Shown here: positions 30,001 through 42,553 of the stretch, one piece after another
Layout of the letters: every line of letters starts with the position of its first letter
Numbering within the stretch: position 1 is the first letter of the stretch
NCBI GenBank assembly: GCA_051362555.1
Contig: CM120642.1
Span: 13,516,001 to 13,580,000 of the forward strand
Direction: 5' to 3'
Source: Lingula anatina
Lineage: Eukaryota; Animalia; Brachiopoda
Length of the DNA stretch: 64,000 nt
Translations under genes and position numbers: made by a program
The notes under the pieces: generated by a model
Seen by the model: only the letters and a program-made list of their open reading frames with translations
The model's database searches: none
What the model was told of the DNA's origin: nothing

Positions 30001-33000
30001 GTCATCTTCATTGTCCTGTAAAAAGATATGAAAAACAAGATTAGATTTATTCAAATGAACCATCCCTCCCCCGCAAAAAAAAATAAAATTCACTAACCTT
30101 AGCTTGGATCCAAGAGTGAAGTCCATGTCTGGGTGGGGTCGCTCGTCATCTTCATTGTCCTGTAAAAAGATATGAAAAACAAGATTAGATTTATTCAATT
30201 GAACCATCCCACCACCCCAAAGAAATAAAATTTACTAACCTTAGCTTGGATCCAAGAGTGAAGACCATGTCTGGGTGGTGTCGATCGTCATCTTCTTTGT
30301 CCTGTAAAAATAAATGAAAAACAAGATTAGATTTATTCAATTTACCCATCCCACCACCCCAAAAAAGATAAAATTTACTAACCTTAGCTTGGATCCAAGA
30401 GTGAAGTCCATGTCCGGGTGGGGTCGCTCGTCATCTTCATTGTCCTGTAAAAAGAAATAAAAAACAAGATTAGATTTATTCAATTCACCTATCCCACCAC
30501 CCCCAAAAAATAAAATTTACTAACCTTAGCTTGGATCCAAGAGTGAAGTCCATGTCCGGGTGGGGTCACTCGTCATCTTCATTGTCCTGTAAAAAGAAAT
30601 GAAAAACAAGATTAGATTTATTCAATTGACCCATCCCACCACCCCCAAAAAATCAAATTTACTAACCTCATTTTGGATCCAAGAGTGAAGTCCATGTCCG
30701 GGTGGGGTCGCTCGTCATCTTCATTGTCCTGTAAAAAGATATGAAAAACAAGATTAGATTTATTCTACTGAAACATCCCACCACCCCAAAGAAATAAAAT
30801 TTACTAACCTAAGCTTGGATCCAAAAGTGAAGTCCATGTCTGGGTGGGGTCGCTCCTCATCTTCATTGTCCTGTAAAAAGGAATCAAAAACAAGATTAGC
30901 TTTATTCAATTTACCCATCCCAACACCTCAAAAAAATAAAATTTACTAACCTTAGCTTGGACCCAAGAGTGAAGTCCATGTCCGGGTGGGGTCGCACGTC
31001 ATCTTCTTTGTCCTGTAAAAAGAAATGAAAAACAAGATTAGATTTATTCAATTGAACCATCCCTCCCCCGCAAAAAAAATAAAATTCACTAACCTAAGCT
31101 TGGATCCAAGAGTGAAGTCCATGTCCGGGTGGGGTCGCTCGTCATCTTCATTGTCCTGTAAAAAGAAATGAAAAACAAGATTAGATTTTTTCAATTGAAC
31201 CATCCCTCCCCCGCAAAAAATCAAATTTACTAACCTTATTTTGGATCCAAGAGTGAAGTCCATGTCCGGGTGGGGTCGCTCGTCATCTTCATTGTCCTGT
31301 AAAAAGATATGAAAAACAAGATTAGATTTATTCTACTGAACCATCCCACCACCCCAAAGAAATAAAATTTACTAACCTTAGCTTGGATCCAAAAGTGAAG
31401 TCCATGTCTGGGTGGGGTCGCTCCTCATCTTCATTGTCCTGTAAAAAGAAAGGAAAAACAAGATTAGCTTTATTCAATTTACCCATCCCACCACCCCAAA
31501 AAAATAAAATTTACTAACCTTAGCTTGGACCCAAGAGTGAAGTCCATGTCCGGGTGGGGTCGCACGTCATCTTCTTTGTCCTGTAAAAAGAAATGAAAAA
31601 CAAGATTAGATTTATTCAATTGAACCATCCCTCCCCCGCAAAAAAAATAAAATTCACTAACCTTAGCTTGGATCCAAGAGTGAAGTCCATGTCCAGGTGG
31701 GGTCGCTCGTCATCTTCATTGTCCTGTAAAAAGAAATGAAAAACAAGATTAGATTTATTCAATTGAACCATCCCTCCCCCGCAAAAAAAATTAAATTCAC
31801 TAACCTTAGCTTGGATCAAAGAGTGAAGTCCATGTCCGGGTGGGGTCGCTCGTCATCTTCATTGTCCTGTAAAAAGATATGAAAAACAAGATTAGATTTA
31901 TTCAATTGAACCATCCCACCACCCCAAAGAAATAAAATTTACTAACCTTAGCTTGGATCCAAGAGTGAAGTCCATGTCTGGGTGGGGTCGCTCCTCATCT
32001 TCATTGTCCTGTAAAAAGAAATGAAAAGCAAGATTAGATTTATTCAAATGAACGATCCCTCCCCCGCAAAAAAAATAAAATTCACTAACCTTAGCTTGGA
32101 TCCAAGAGTGAAGTCCATGTCCGGGTGGGGTCGCTTGTCATCTTCATTGTCCTGTAAAAAGATATGAAAAACAAGATTAGATTTATTCAATTGAACCATC
32201 CCACCACCCCAAAGAAATAAAATTTACTAACCTTAGCTTGGATCCAAGAGTGAAGTCCATGTCCGGGTGGGGTCGCACGTCATCTTCTTTGTCCTGTAAA
32301 AAGAAATGAAAAACAAGATTAGATTTATTCAATTGAACCATCCCTCCCCCGCAAAAAAAATAAAATTTACTAACCTTAGCTTGGATCCAAGAGTGAAGTC
32401 CATGTCCGGGTGGGGTCGCTTGTCATCTTCATTGTCCTGTAAAAAGATATGAAAAACAAGATTAGATTTATTCAACTGAACCATCCCACCACCCTAAAGA
32501 AATAAAATTTACTAACCTTAGCTTGGATCCAAGAGTGAAGTCCATGTCTGGGTGGGGTCGCACGTCATCTTCTTTGTCCTGTAAAAAGAAATGAAAAACA
32601 AGATTAGATTTATTCAATTGAACCATCCCTCCCCCACAAAAAAAATAAAATTCACTAACCTTAGCTTGGATCCAAGAGTGAAGTCCATGTCCGGGTGGGG
32701 TCGCACGTCATCTTCTTTGTCCTGTAAAAAGAAATGAAAAACAAGATTAGATTTATTCAATTGAACCATCCCTCCCCCGCAAAAAAAATAAAATTCACTA
32801 ACCTTAACTTGGATCAAAGAGTGAAGTCCATGTCCGGGTGGGGTCGCTCGTCATCTTCATTGTCCTGTAAAAATAAATGAAAAACAAGATTAGATTTATT
32901 CAATTGACCCATCCCACCACCCCCAAAAAATCAAATTTACTAACCTTATTTTGGATCCAAGAGTGAAGTCCATGTCCGGGTGGGGTCGCTCGTCATCTTC

Positions 33001-36000
33001 ATTGTCCTGTAAAAAGAAATGAAAAGCAAGATTAGATTTATTCAAATGAACTATCCCTCCCCCGCAAAAAAAAATAAAATTCACTAACCTTAGCTTGGAT
33101 CCAAGAGTGAAGTCCATGTCCGGGTGGGGTCGCTAGTCATCTTCATTGTCCTGTAAAAAGATATGAGAAACAAGATTAGATTTATTCAATTGAACCATCC
33201 CACCACCCCAAAGAAATAAAATTTACTAACCTTAGCTTGGATCCAAGAGTGAAGACCATGTCTGGGTGGTGTCGATCGTCATCTTCTTTGTCCTGTAAAA
33301 ATAAATGAAAAACAAGATTAGATTTATTCAATTTACCCATCCCACCACCCCAAAAAATATAAAATTTACTAACCTTAGCTTGAATCCAAGAGTGAAGTCC
33401 ATGTCCGGGTGGGGTCGCTCGTCATCTTCATTGTCCTGTAAAAAGAAATAAAAAACAAGATTAGATTTATTCAATTCACCTATCCCACCACCCCCAAAAA
33501 ATAAAATTTACTAACCTTAGCTTGGATCCAAGAGTGAAGTCCATGTCCGGGTGGGGTCACTCGTCATCTTCATTGTCCTGTAAAAAGAAATGAAAAACAA
33601 GATTAGATTTATTCAATTGACCCATCCCACCACCCCCAAAAAATCAAATTTACTAACCTTATTTTGGATCCAAGAGTGAAGTCCATGTCCGGGTGGGGTC
33701 GCTCGTCATCTTCATTGTCCTGTAAAAAGATATGAAAAACAAGATTAGATTTATTCTACTGAACCATCCCACCACCCCGAAGAAAGAAAATTTACTAACC
33801 TTAGCTTGGATCCAAGAGTGAAGTCCATGTCTGGGTGGGGTCGCTCGTCATCTTCATTGTCCTGTAAAAAGAAATGAAAAGCAAGATTAGATTTATTCAA
33901 TTGAACCATCCCTCCCCCGCAAAAAAAATAAAATTTACTAACCTTAGCTTGGATCCAAGAGTGAAGTCCATGTCCGGGTGGGGTCGCTTGTCATCTTCAT
34001 TGTCCTGTAAAAAGATATGAAAAACAAGATTAGATTTATTCAACTGAACCATCCCACCACCCTAAAGAAATAAAATTTACTAACCTTAGCTTGGATCCAA
34101 GAGTGAAGTCCATGTCTGGGTGGGGTCGCACGTCATCTTCTTTGTCCTGTAAAAAGAAATGAAAAACAAGATTAGATTTATTCAATTGAACCATCCCTCC
34201 CCCACAAAAAAAATAAAATTCACTAACCTTAGCTTGGATCCAAGAGTGAAGTCCATGTCCGGGTGGGGTCGCACGTCATCTTCTTTGTCCTGTAAAAAGA
34301 AATGAAAAACAAGATTAGATTTATTCAATTGAACCATCCCTCCCCCGCAAAAAAAATAAAATTCACTAACCTTAACTTGGATCAAAGAGTGAAGTCCATG
34401 TCCGGGTGGGGTCGCTCGTCATCTTCATTGTCCTGTAAAAATAAATGAAAAACAAGATTAGATTTATTCAATTGACCCATCCCACCACCCCCAAAAAATC
34501 AAATTTACTAACCTTATTTTGGATCCAAGAGTGAAGTCCATGTCCGGGTGGGGTCGCTCGTCATCTTCATTGTCCTGTAAAAAGAAATGAAAAGCAAGAT
34601 TAGATTTATTCAAATGAACTATCCCTCCCCCGCAAAAAAAAATAAAATTCACTAACCTTAGCTTGGATCCAAGAGTGAAGTCCATGTCCGGGTGGGGTCG
34701 CTAGTCATCTTCATTGTCCTGTAAAAAGATATGAGAAACAAGATTAGATTTATTCAATTGAACCATCCCACCACCCCAAAGAAATAAAATTTACTAACCT
34801 TAGCTTGGATCCAAGAGTGAAGACCATGTCTGGGTGGTGTCGATCGTCATCTTCTTTGTCCTGTAAAAATAAATGAAAAACAAGATTAGATTTATTCAAT
34901 TTACCCATCCCACCACCCCAAAAAATATAAAATTTACTAACCTTAGCTTGAATCCAAGAGTGAAGTCCATGTCCGGGTGGGGTCGCTCGTCATCTTCATT
35001 GTCCTGTAAAAAGAAATAAAAAACAAGATTAGATTTATTCAATTCACCTATCCCACCACCCCCAAAAAATAAAATTTACTAACCTTAGCTTGGATCCAAG
35101 AGTGAAGTCCATGTCCGGGTGGGGTCACTCGTCATCTTCATTGTCCTGTAAAAAGAAATGAAAAACAAGATTAGATTTATTCAATTGACCCATCCCACCA
35201 CCCCCAAAAAATCAAATTTACTAACCTTATTTTGGATCCAAGAGTGAAGTCCATGTCCGGGTGGGGTCGCTCGTCATCTTCATTGTCCTGTAAAAAGATA
35301 TGAAAAACAAGATTAGATTTATTCAATTGAACCATCCCACCACCCCAAAGAAATAAAATTTACTAACCTTAGCTTGGATCCAAGAGTGAAGTCCATGTCT
35401 GGGTGGGGTCGCTCCTCATCTTCATTGTCCTGTAAAAAGAAATGAAAAGCAAGATTAGATTTATTCAAATGAACCATCCCTCCCCCGCAAAAAAAATTAA
35501 ATTCACTAACCTTAGCTTGGATCAAAGAGTGAAGTCCATGTCCGGGTGGGGTCGCTCGTCATCTTCATTGTCCTGTAAAAAGATATGAAAAACAAGATTA
35601 GATTTATTCAATTGAACCATCCCACCACCCCAAAGAAATAAAATTTACTAACCTTAGCTTGGATCCAAGAGTGAAGTCCATGTCTGGGTGGGGTCGCTCC
35701 TCATCTTCATTGTCCTGTAAAAAGAAATGAAAAGCAAGATTAGATTTATTCAAATGAACCATCCCTCCCCCGCAAAAAAAATAAAATTCACTAACCTTAG
35801 CTTGGATCCAAGAGTGAAGTCCATGTCCGGGTGGGGTCGCTTGTCATCTTCATTGTCCTGTAAAAAGATATGAAAAACAAGATTAGATTTATTCAATTGA
35901 ACCATCCCACCACCCCAAAGAAATAAAATTTACTAACCTTAGCTTGGATCCAAGAGTGAAGTCCATGTCCGGGTGGGGTCGCACGTCATCTTCTTTGTCC

Positions 36001-39000
36001 TGTAAAAAGAAATGAAAAACAAGATTAGATTTATTCAATTGAACCATCCCTCCCCCGCAAAAAAAATAAAATTTACTAACCTTAGCTTGGATCCAAGAGT
36101 GAAGTCCATGTCCGGGTGGGGTCGCTTGTCATCTTCATTGTCCTGTAAAAAGATATGAAAAACAAGATTAGATTTATTCAACTGAACCATCCCACCACCC
36201 TAAAGAAATAAAATTTACTAACCTTAGCTTGGATCCAAGAGTGAAGTCCATGTCTGGGTGGGGTCGCACGTCATCTTCTTTGTCCTGTAAAAAGAAATGA
36301 AAAACAAGATTAGATTTATTCAATTGAACCATCCCTCCCCCACAAAAAAAATAAAATTCACTAACCTTAGCTTGGATCCAAGAGTGAAGTCCATGTCCGG
36401 GTGGGGTCGCACGTCATCTTCTTTGTCCTGTAAAAAGAAATGAAAAACAAGATTAGATTTATTCAATTGAACCATCCCTCCCCCGCAAAAAAAATAAAAT
36501 TCACTAACCTTAACTTGGATCAAAGAGTGAAGTCCATGTCCGGGTGGGGTCGCTCGTCATCTTCATTGTCCTGTAAAAATAAATGAAAAACAAGATTAGA
36601 TTTATTCAATTGACCCATCCCACCACCCCCAAAAAATCAAATTTACTAACCTTATTTTGGATCCAAGAGTGAAGTCCATGTCCGGGTGGGGTCGCTCGTC
36701 ATCTTCATTGTCCTGTAAAAAGAAATGAAAAGCAAGATTAGATTTATTCAAATGAACTATCCCTCCCCCGCAAAAAAAAATAAAATTCACTAACCTTAGC
36801 TTGGATCCAAGAGTGAAGTCCATGTCCGGGTGGGGTCGCTAGTCATCTTCATTGTCCTGTAAAAAGATATGAGAAACAAGATTAGATTTATTCAATTGAA
36901 CCATCCCACCACCCCAAAGAAATAAAATTTACTAACCTTAGCTTGGATCCAAGAGTGAAGACCATGTCTGGGTGGTGTCGATCGTCATCTTCTTTGTCCT
37001 GTAAAAATAAATGAAAAACAAGATTAGATTTATTCAATTTACCCATCCCACCACCCCAAAAAATATAAAATTTACTAACCTTAGCTTGAATCCAAGAGTG
37101 AAGTCCATGTCCGGGTGGGGTCGCTCGTCATCTTCATTGTCCTGTAAAAAGAAATAAAAAACAAGATTAGATTTATTCAATTCACCTATCCCACCACCCC
37201 CAAAAAATAAAATTTACTAACCTTAGCTTGGATCCAAGAGTGAAGTCCATGTCCGGGTGGGGTCACTCGTCATCTTCATTGTCCTGTAAAAAGAAATGAA
37301 AAACAAGATTAGATTTATTCAATTGACCCATCCCACCACCCCCAAAAAATCAAATTTACTAACCTTATTTTGGATCCAAGAGTGAAGTCCATGTCCGGGT
37401 GGGGTCGCTCGTCATCTTCATTGTCCTGTAAAAAGATATGAAAAACAAGATTAGATTTATTCTACTGAACCATCCCACCACCCCAAAGAAATAAAATTTA
37501 CTAACCTTAGCTTGGATCCAAGAGTGAAGTCCATGTCCGGGTGGGGTCACTCGTCATCTTCATTGTCCTGTAAAAAGAAATGAAAAACAAGATTAGATTT
37601 ATTCAATTGACCCATCCCACCACCCCCAAAAAATCAAATTTACTAACCTTATTTTGGATCCAAGAGTGAAGTCCATGTCCGGGTGGGGTCGCTCGTCATC
37701 TTCATTGTCCTGTAAAAAGATATGAAAAACAAGATTAGATTTATTCTACTGAACCATCCCACCACCCCGAAGAAAGAAAATTTACTAACCTTAGCTTGGA
37801 TCCAAGAGTGAAGTCCATGTCTGGGTGGGGTCGCTCGTCATCTTCATTGTCCTGTAAAAAGAAATGAAAAGCAAGATTAGATTTATTCAAATGAACCATC
37901 CCTCCCCCGCAAAAAAAAATAAAATTCACTAACCTTAGCTTGGATCCAAGAGTGAAGTCCATGTCCGGGTGGGGTCGCTTGTCATCTTCATTGTCCTGTA
38001 AAAAGATATGAAAAACAAGATTAGATTATTCAATTGAACCATCCCCCCCCCCGCAAAAAAAAATAAAATTTACTAACCTTAGCTTGGATCCAAGAGTGAA
38101 GTCCATGTCCGGGTGGGGTCGCACGTCATCTTCTTTGTCCTGTAAAAAGAAATGAAAAACAAGATTAGATTTATTCAATTGAACCATCCCTCCCCCGCAA
38201 AAAAAATAAAATTTACTCACCTTAGCTTGGATCCAAGAGTGAAGTCCATGTCCGGGTGGGGTCGCTCGTCATCTTCATTGTCCTGTAAAAAGATATGAAA
38301 AACAAGATTAGATTTATTCAACTGAACCATCCCACCACCCCGAAGAAATAAAATTTACTAACCTTAGCTTGGATCCAAGAGTGAAATCCATGTCCGGGTG
38401 GGGTCGCTCGTCATCTTCATTGTCCTGTAAAAAGAAATGAAAAGCAAGATTAGATTTATTCAAATGAACCATCCCTCCCCCGCAAAAAAAAATAAAATTC
38501 ACTAACCTTAGCTTGGATCCAAGAGTGAAGTCCATGTCCGGGTGGGATCGCTTGTCATCTTCATTGTCCTGTAAAAAGATATGAAAAACAAGATTAGATT
38601 ATTCAATTGAACCATCCCCCCCCCCCCCCCCCCCCCCCGCAAAAAAAAATAAAATTTACTAACCTTAGCTTGGATCCAAGAGTGAAGTCCATCTCCGGGT
38701 GGGGTCGCACGTCATCTTCTTTGTCCTGTAAAAAGAAATGAAAAACAAGATTAGATTTATTCAATTGAACCATCCCACCACCCCAAAGAAATAAAATTTA
38801 CTAACCTTAGCTTGGATCCAAGAGTGAAGTCCATGTTTGGGTGGGGTCGCACGTCATCTTCTTTGTCCTGTAAAAAGAAATGAAAAACAAGATTAGATTT
38901 ATTCAATTGAACCATCCCTCCCCCGCAAAAAAAATAAAATTCACTAACCTTAGCTTGGATCCAAGAGTGAAGTCCATGTCCGGGTGGGGTCGCTCGTCAT

Positions 39001-42000
39001 CTTCATTGTCCTGTAAAAAGAAATGAAAAGCAAGATTAGATTTATTCAAATGAACCATCCCTCCCCCGCAAAAAAAAATAAAATTCACTAACCTTAGCTT
39101 GGATCCAAGAGTGAAGTCCATGTCCGGGTGGGGTCGCTCGTCATCTTCATTGTCCTGTAAAAAGATATGAAAAACAAGATTAGATTTATTCAATTGAACC
39201 ATCCCACCACCCCAAAGAAATAAAATTTACTAACCTTAGCTTGGATCCAAGAGTGAAGACCATGTCTGGGTGGTGTCGATCGTCATCTTTTTTGTCCTGT
39301 AAAAATAAATGAAAAACAAGATTAGATTTATTCAATTTACCCATCCCACCACCCCAAAAAAGATAAAATTTACTAACCTTAGCTTGGATCCAAGAGTGAA
39401 GTCCATGTCCGGGTGGGGTCGCTCGTCATCTTCATTGTCCTGTAAAAAGAAATAAAAAACAAGATTAGATTTATTCAATTCACCTATCCCACCACCCCCA
39501 AAAAATAAAATTTACTAACCTTAGCTTGGATCCAAGAGTGAAGTCCATGTCCGGGTGGGGTCAGTCGTCATCTTCATTGTCCTGTAAAAAGAAATGAAAA
39601 ACAAGATTAGATTTATTCAATTGACCCATCCCACCACCCCCAAAAAATCAAATTTACTAACCTTATTTTGGATCCAAGAGTGAAGTCCATGTCCGGGTGG
39701 GGTCGCTCGTCATCTTCATTGTCCTGTAAAAAGATATGAAAAACAAGATTAGATTTATTCTACTGAACCATCCCACCACCCCGAAGAAATAAAATTTACT
39801 AACCTAAGCTTGGATCCAAGAGTGAAGTCCATGTCTGGGTGGGGTCGCTCCTCATCTTCATTGTCCTGTAAAAAGAAATGAAAAGCAAGATTAGATTTAT
39901 TCAAATGAACCATCCCTCCCCCGCAAAAAAAATAAAATTCACTAACCTTAGCTTGGATCCAAGAGTGAAGTCCATGTCCGGGTGGGGTCGCTTGTCATCT
40001 TCATTGTCCTGTAAAAAGATATGAAAAACAAGATTAGATTTATTCAATTGAACCATCCCACCACCCCAAAGAAATAAAATTTACTAACCTTAGCTTGGAT
40101 CCAAGAGTGAAGTCCATGTCCGGGTGGGGTCGCACGTCATCTTCTTTGTCCTGTAAAAAGAAATGAAAAACAAGATTAGATTTATTCAATTGAACCATCC
40201 CTCCCCCGCAAAAAAAATAAAATTTACTAACCTTAGCTTGGATCCAAGAGTGAAGTCCATGTCCGGGTGGGGTCGCTTGTCATCTTCATTGTCCTGTAAA
40301 AAGATATGAAAAACAAGATTAGATTTATTCAACTGAACCATCCCACCACCCCAAAGAAATAAAATTTACTAACCTTAGCTTAGATTCAAGAGTGAAGTCC
40401 ATGTCTGGGTGGGGTCGCTCCTCATCTTCATTGTCCTGTAAAAAGAAATGAAAAACAAGATTAGATTTATTCAATTTACCCATCCCACCACCCCAAAAAA
40501 ATAAAATTTACTAACCTTAGCTTGGACCCAAGAGTGAAGTCCATGTCCGGGTGGGGTCGCACGTCATCTTCTTTGTCCTGTAAAAAGAAATGAAAAACAA
40601 GATTAGATTTATTCAATTGAACCATCCCTCCCCCGCAAAAAAAATAAAATTCACTAACCTTAGCTTGGATCCAAGAGTGAAGTCCATGTCCGGGTGGGGT
40701 CGCTCGTCATCTTCATTGTCCTGTAAAAAGAAATGAAAAACAAGATTAGATTTATTCAATTGAACCATCCCTCCCCCGCAAAAAAAATAAAATTCACTAA
40801 CCTTAGCTTGGATCAAAGAGTGAAGTCCATGTCCGGGTGGGGTCGCTCGTCATCTTCATTGTCCTGTAAAAAGAAATAAAAAACAAGATTAGATTTATTC
40901 AATTTACCTATCCCACCACCCCCAAAAAATAAAATTAACTAACCTTAGCTTGGATCCAAGAGTGAAGTCCATGTCCGGGTGGGGTCACTCGTCATCTTCA
41001 TTGTCCTGTAAAAAGAAATGAAAAACAAGATTAGATTTATTCAATTGACCCATCCCACCACCCCCAAAAAATCAAATTTACTAACCTTATTTTGGATCCA
41101 AGAGTGAAGTCCATGTCCGGGTGGGGTCGCACGTCATCTTCTTTGTCCTGTAAAAAGAAATGAAAAACAAGATTAGATTTATTCAATTGAACCATCCCTC
41201 CCCCGCAAAAAAAATAAAATTTACTAACCTTAGCTTGGATCCAAGAGTGAAGTCCATGTCTGGGTGGGGTCGCTCGTCATCTTCATTGTCCTGTAAAAAG
41301 AAATGAAAAGCAAGATTAGATTTATTCAAATGAACCATCTCTCCCCCGCAAAAAAAAATAAAATTCACTAACCTTAGCTTGGATCCAAGAGTGAAGTCCA
41401 TGTCCAGGTGGGGTCGCTCATCATCTTCATTGTCCTGTAAAAAGATATGAAAAACAAGATTAGATTTATTCAATTGAACCATCCCACCACCCCAAAGAAA
41501 TAAAATTTACTAACCTTAGCTTGGATCCAAGAGTGAAGTCCATGTCCGGGTGGGGTCGCACGTCATCTTCTTTGTCCTGTAAAAAGAAATGAAAAACAAG
41601 ATTAGATTTATTCAATTGAACCATCCCTCCCCCGCAAAAAAAATAAAATTTACTAACCTTAGCTTGGATCCAAGAGTGAAGTCCATGTCCGGGTGGGGTC
41701 GCTCGTCATCTTCATTGTCCTGTAAAAAGATATGAAAAACAAGATTAGATTTATTCAACTGAACCATCCCACCACCCCAAAGAAATAAAATTTACTAACC
41801 TTAGCTTGGATCCAAGAGTGAAGTCCATGTCCGGGTGGGGTCGCTCCTCATCTTCATTGTCCTGTAAAAAGAAATGAAAAACAAGATTAGATTTATTCAA
41901 TTAAATCATCCCACCCCTGCAAAAAAAGAAAAAAAAAATTCTAACTTTAGCTTGGATCCCAGAGTGAAGTCCATGTCCGTTTGGGGTCGCTCGTCATCTT

Positions 42001-42453
42001 CATTGTCCTGTAAAAAGAAATGAAAAACAAGATTAGTTTTTTTCAATTTACCCATCCCACCACCCCAAAGAAATAAAATTTACTAACCTTAGCTTGGATC
42101 CAAGAGTGAAGTCCATGTCCGGGTGGGGTCGCTCGTCATCTTCATTGTCCTGTAAAAAGAAATGAAAAACAAGATTAGATTTATTCAATTTACCCATCCC
42201 ACCACCCCCAAAAAATAAAATTTACTAACCTTAGCTTGGATCAAAGAGTGAAGTCCATGTCCGGGTGGGGTCGCACGTCATCTTCTTTGTCCTGTAAAAA
42301 GAAATGAAAAACAAGATTAGATATTTTCAATTTACCTATACCATCACCCCAAAAAGATAAATCTTACTAACCTTAGCTTGGATCCAAGAGTGAAGTCCAT
42401 GTCTTGTTGGGATCGCTAGTCATCTTCTTTGTCCTGTAAAAAGAAATAAAAAA
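1..42453 (-). repeat. Tandem array (satellite) of ~298 x 142-143 bp units; each unit is a 62-nt exon-like segment plus an ~80-nt GT-AG intron-like segment on the minus strand; truncated by the left window edge
   Basis: Minus-strand consensus: ...ctaatcttgtttttcatttctttttacag|GACAATGAAGATGACGAGCGACCCCACCCGGACATGGACTTCACTCTTGGATCCAAGCTAAG|gttagt(a/g)aattttatt... First exon-like copy in the window is 29-90 and the last is 42372-42433. Copy number is estimated as (42372-29)/~142.6+1. Most units carry a BamHI site. Confidence 0.98.
42372..42433 (-). other. Terminal (5'-most on minus strand) exon-like copy of the array unit
   Basis: 62 nt between ttttttatttctttttacag (AG at 42435-42434) and gttagt (GT at 42371-42370). 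The next intron, 42371-42292, is 80 nt. Repeat similarity stops ~20 nt upstream of this acceptor. This copy is more divergent than typical internal copies. Confidence 0.6.
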
Positions 42454-42553
42454 TTTTCAATTGTTGACATAGGAAAAATATCAATAGAACAATTTCAAAT
42501 GTCCTATTTGCTGCATTCTGAGATTCTGAACATAGTGAATGATTGAATTTGAC

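Noticed and set aside
267-41482. ORF-track proteins in the array (e.g. MNKSNLVFHFFLQDNEDDERPHP...) as single-exon genes
   Set aside because: They read through the intron-like segment and open or close according to A-run length, so they are by-products of the repeat.
42292-42371. Mirtron or snoRNA in the 80-nt intron unit
   Set aside because: No end-to-end hairpin and no convincing C/D or H/ACA boxes are visible by eye; folding was not computed.
1-42453. CRISPR array
   Set aside because: There are no unique spacers (the entire unit repeats), no cas genes, and the context is eukaryotic.
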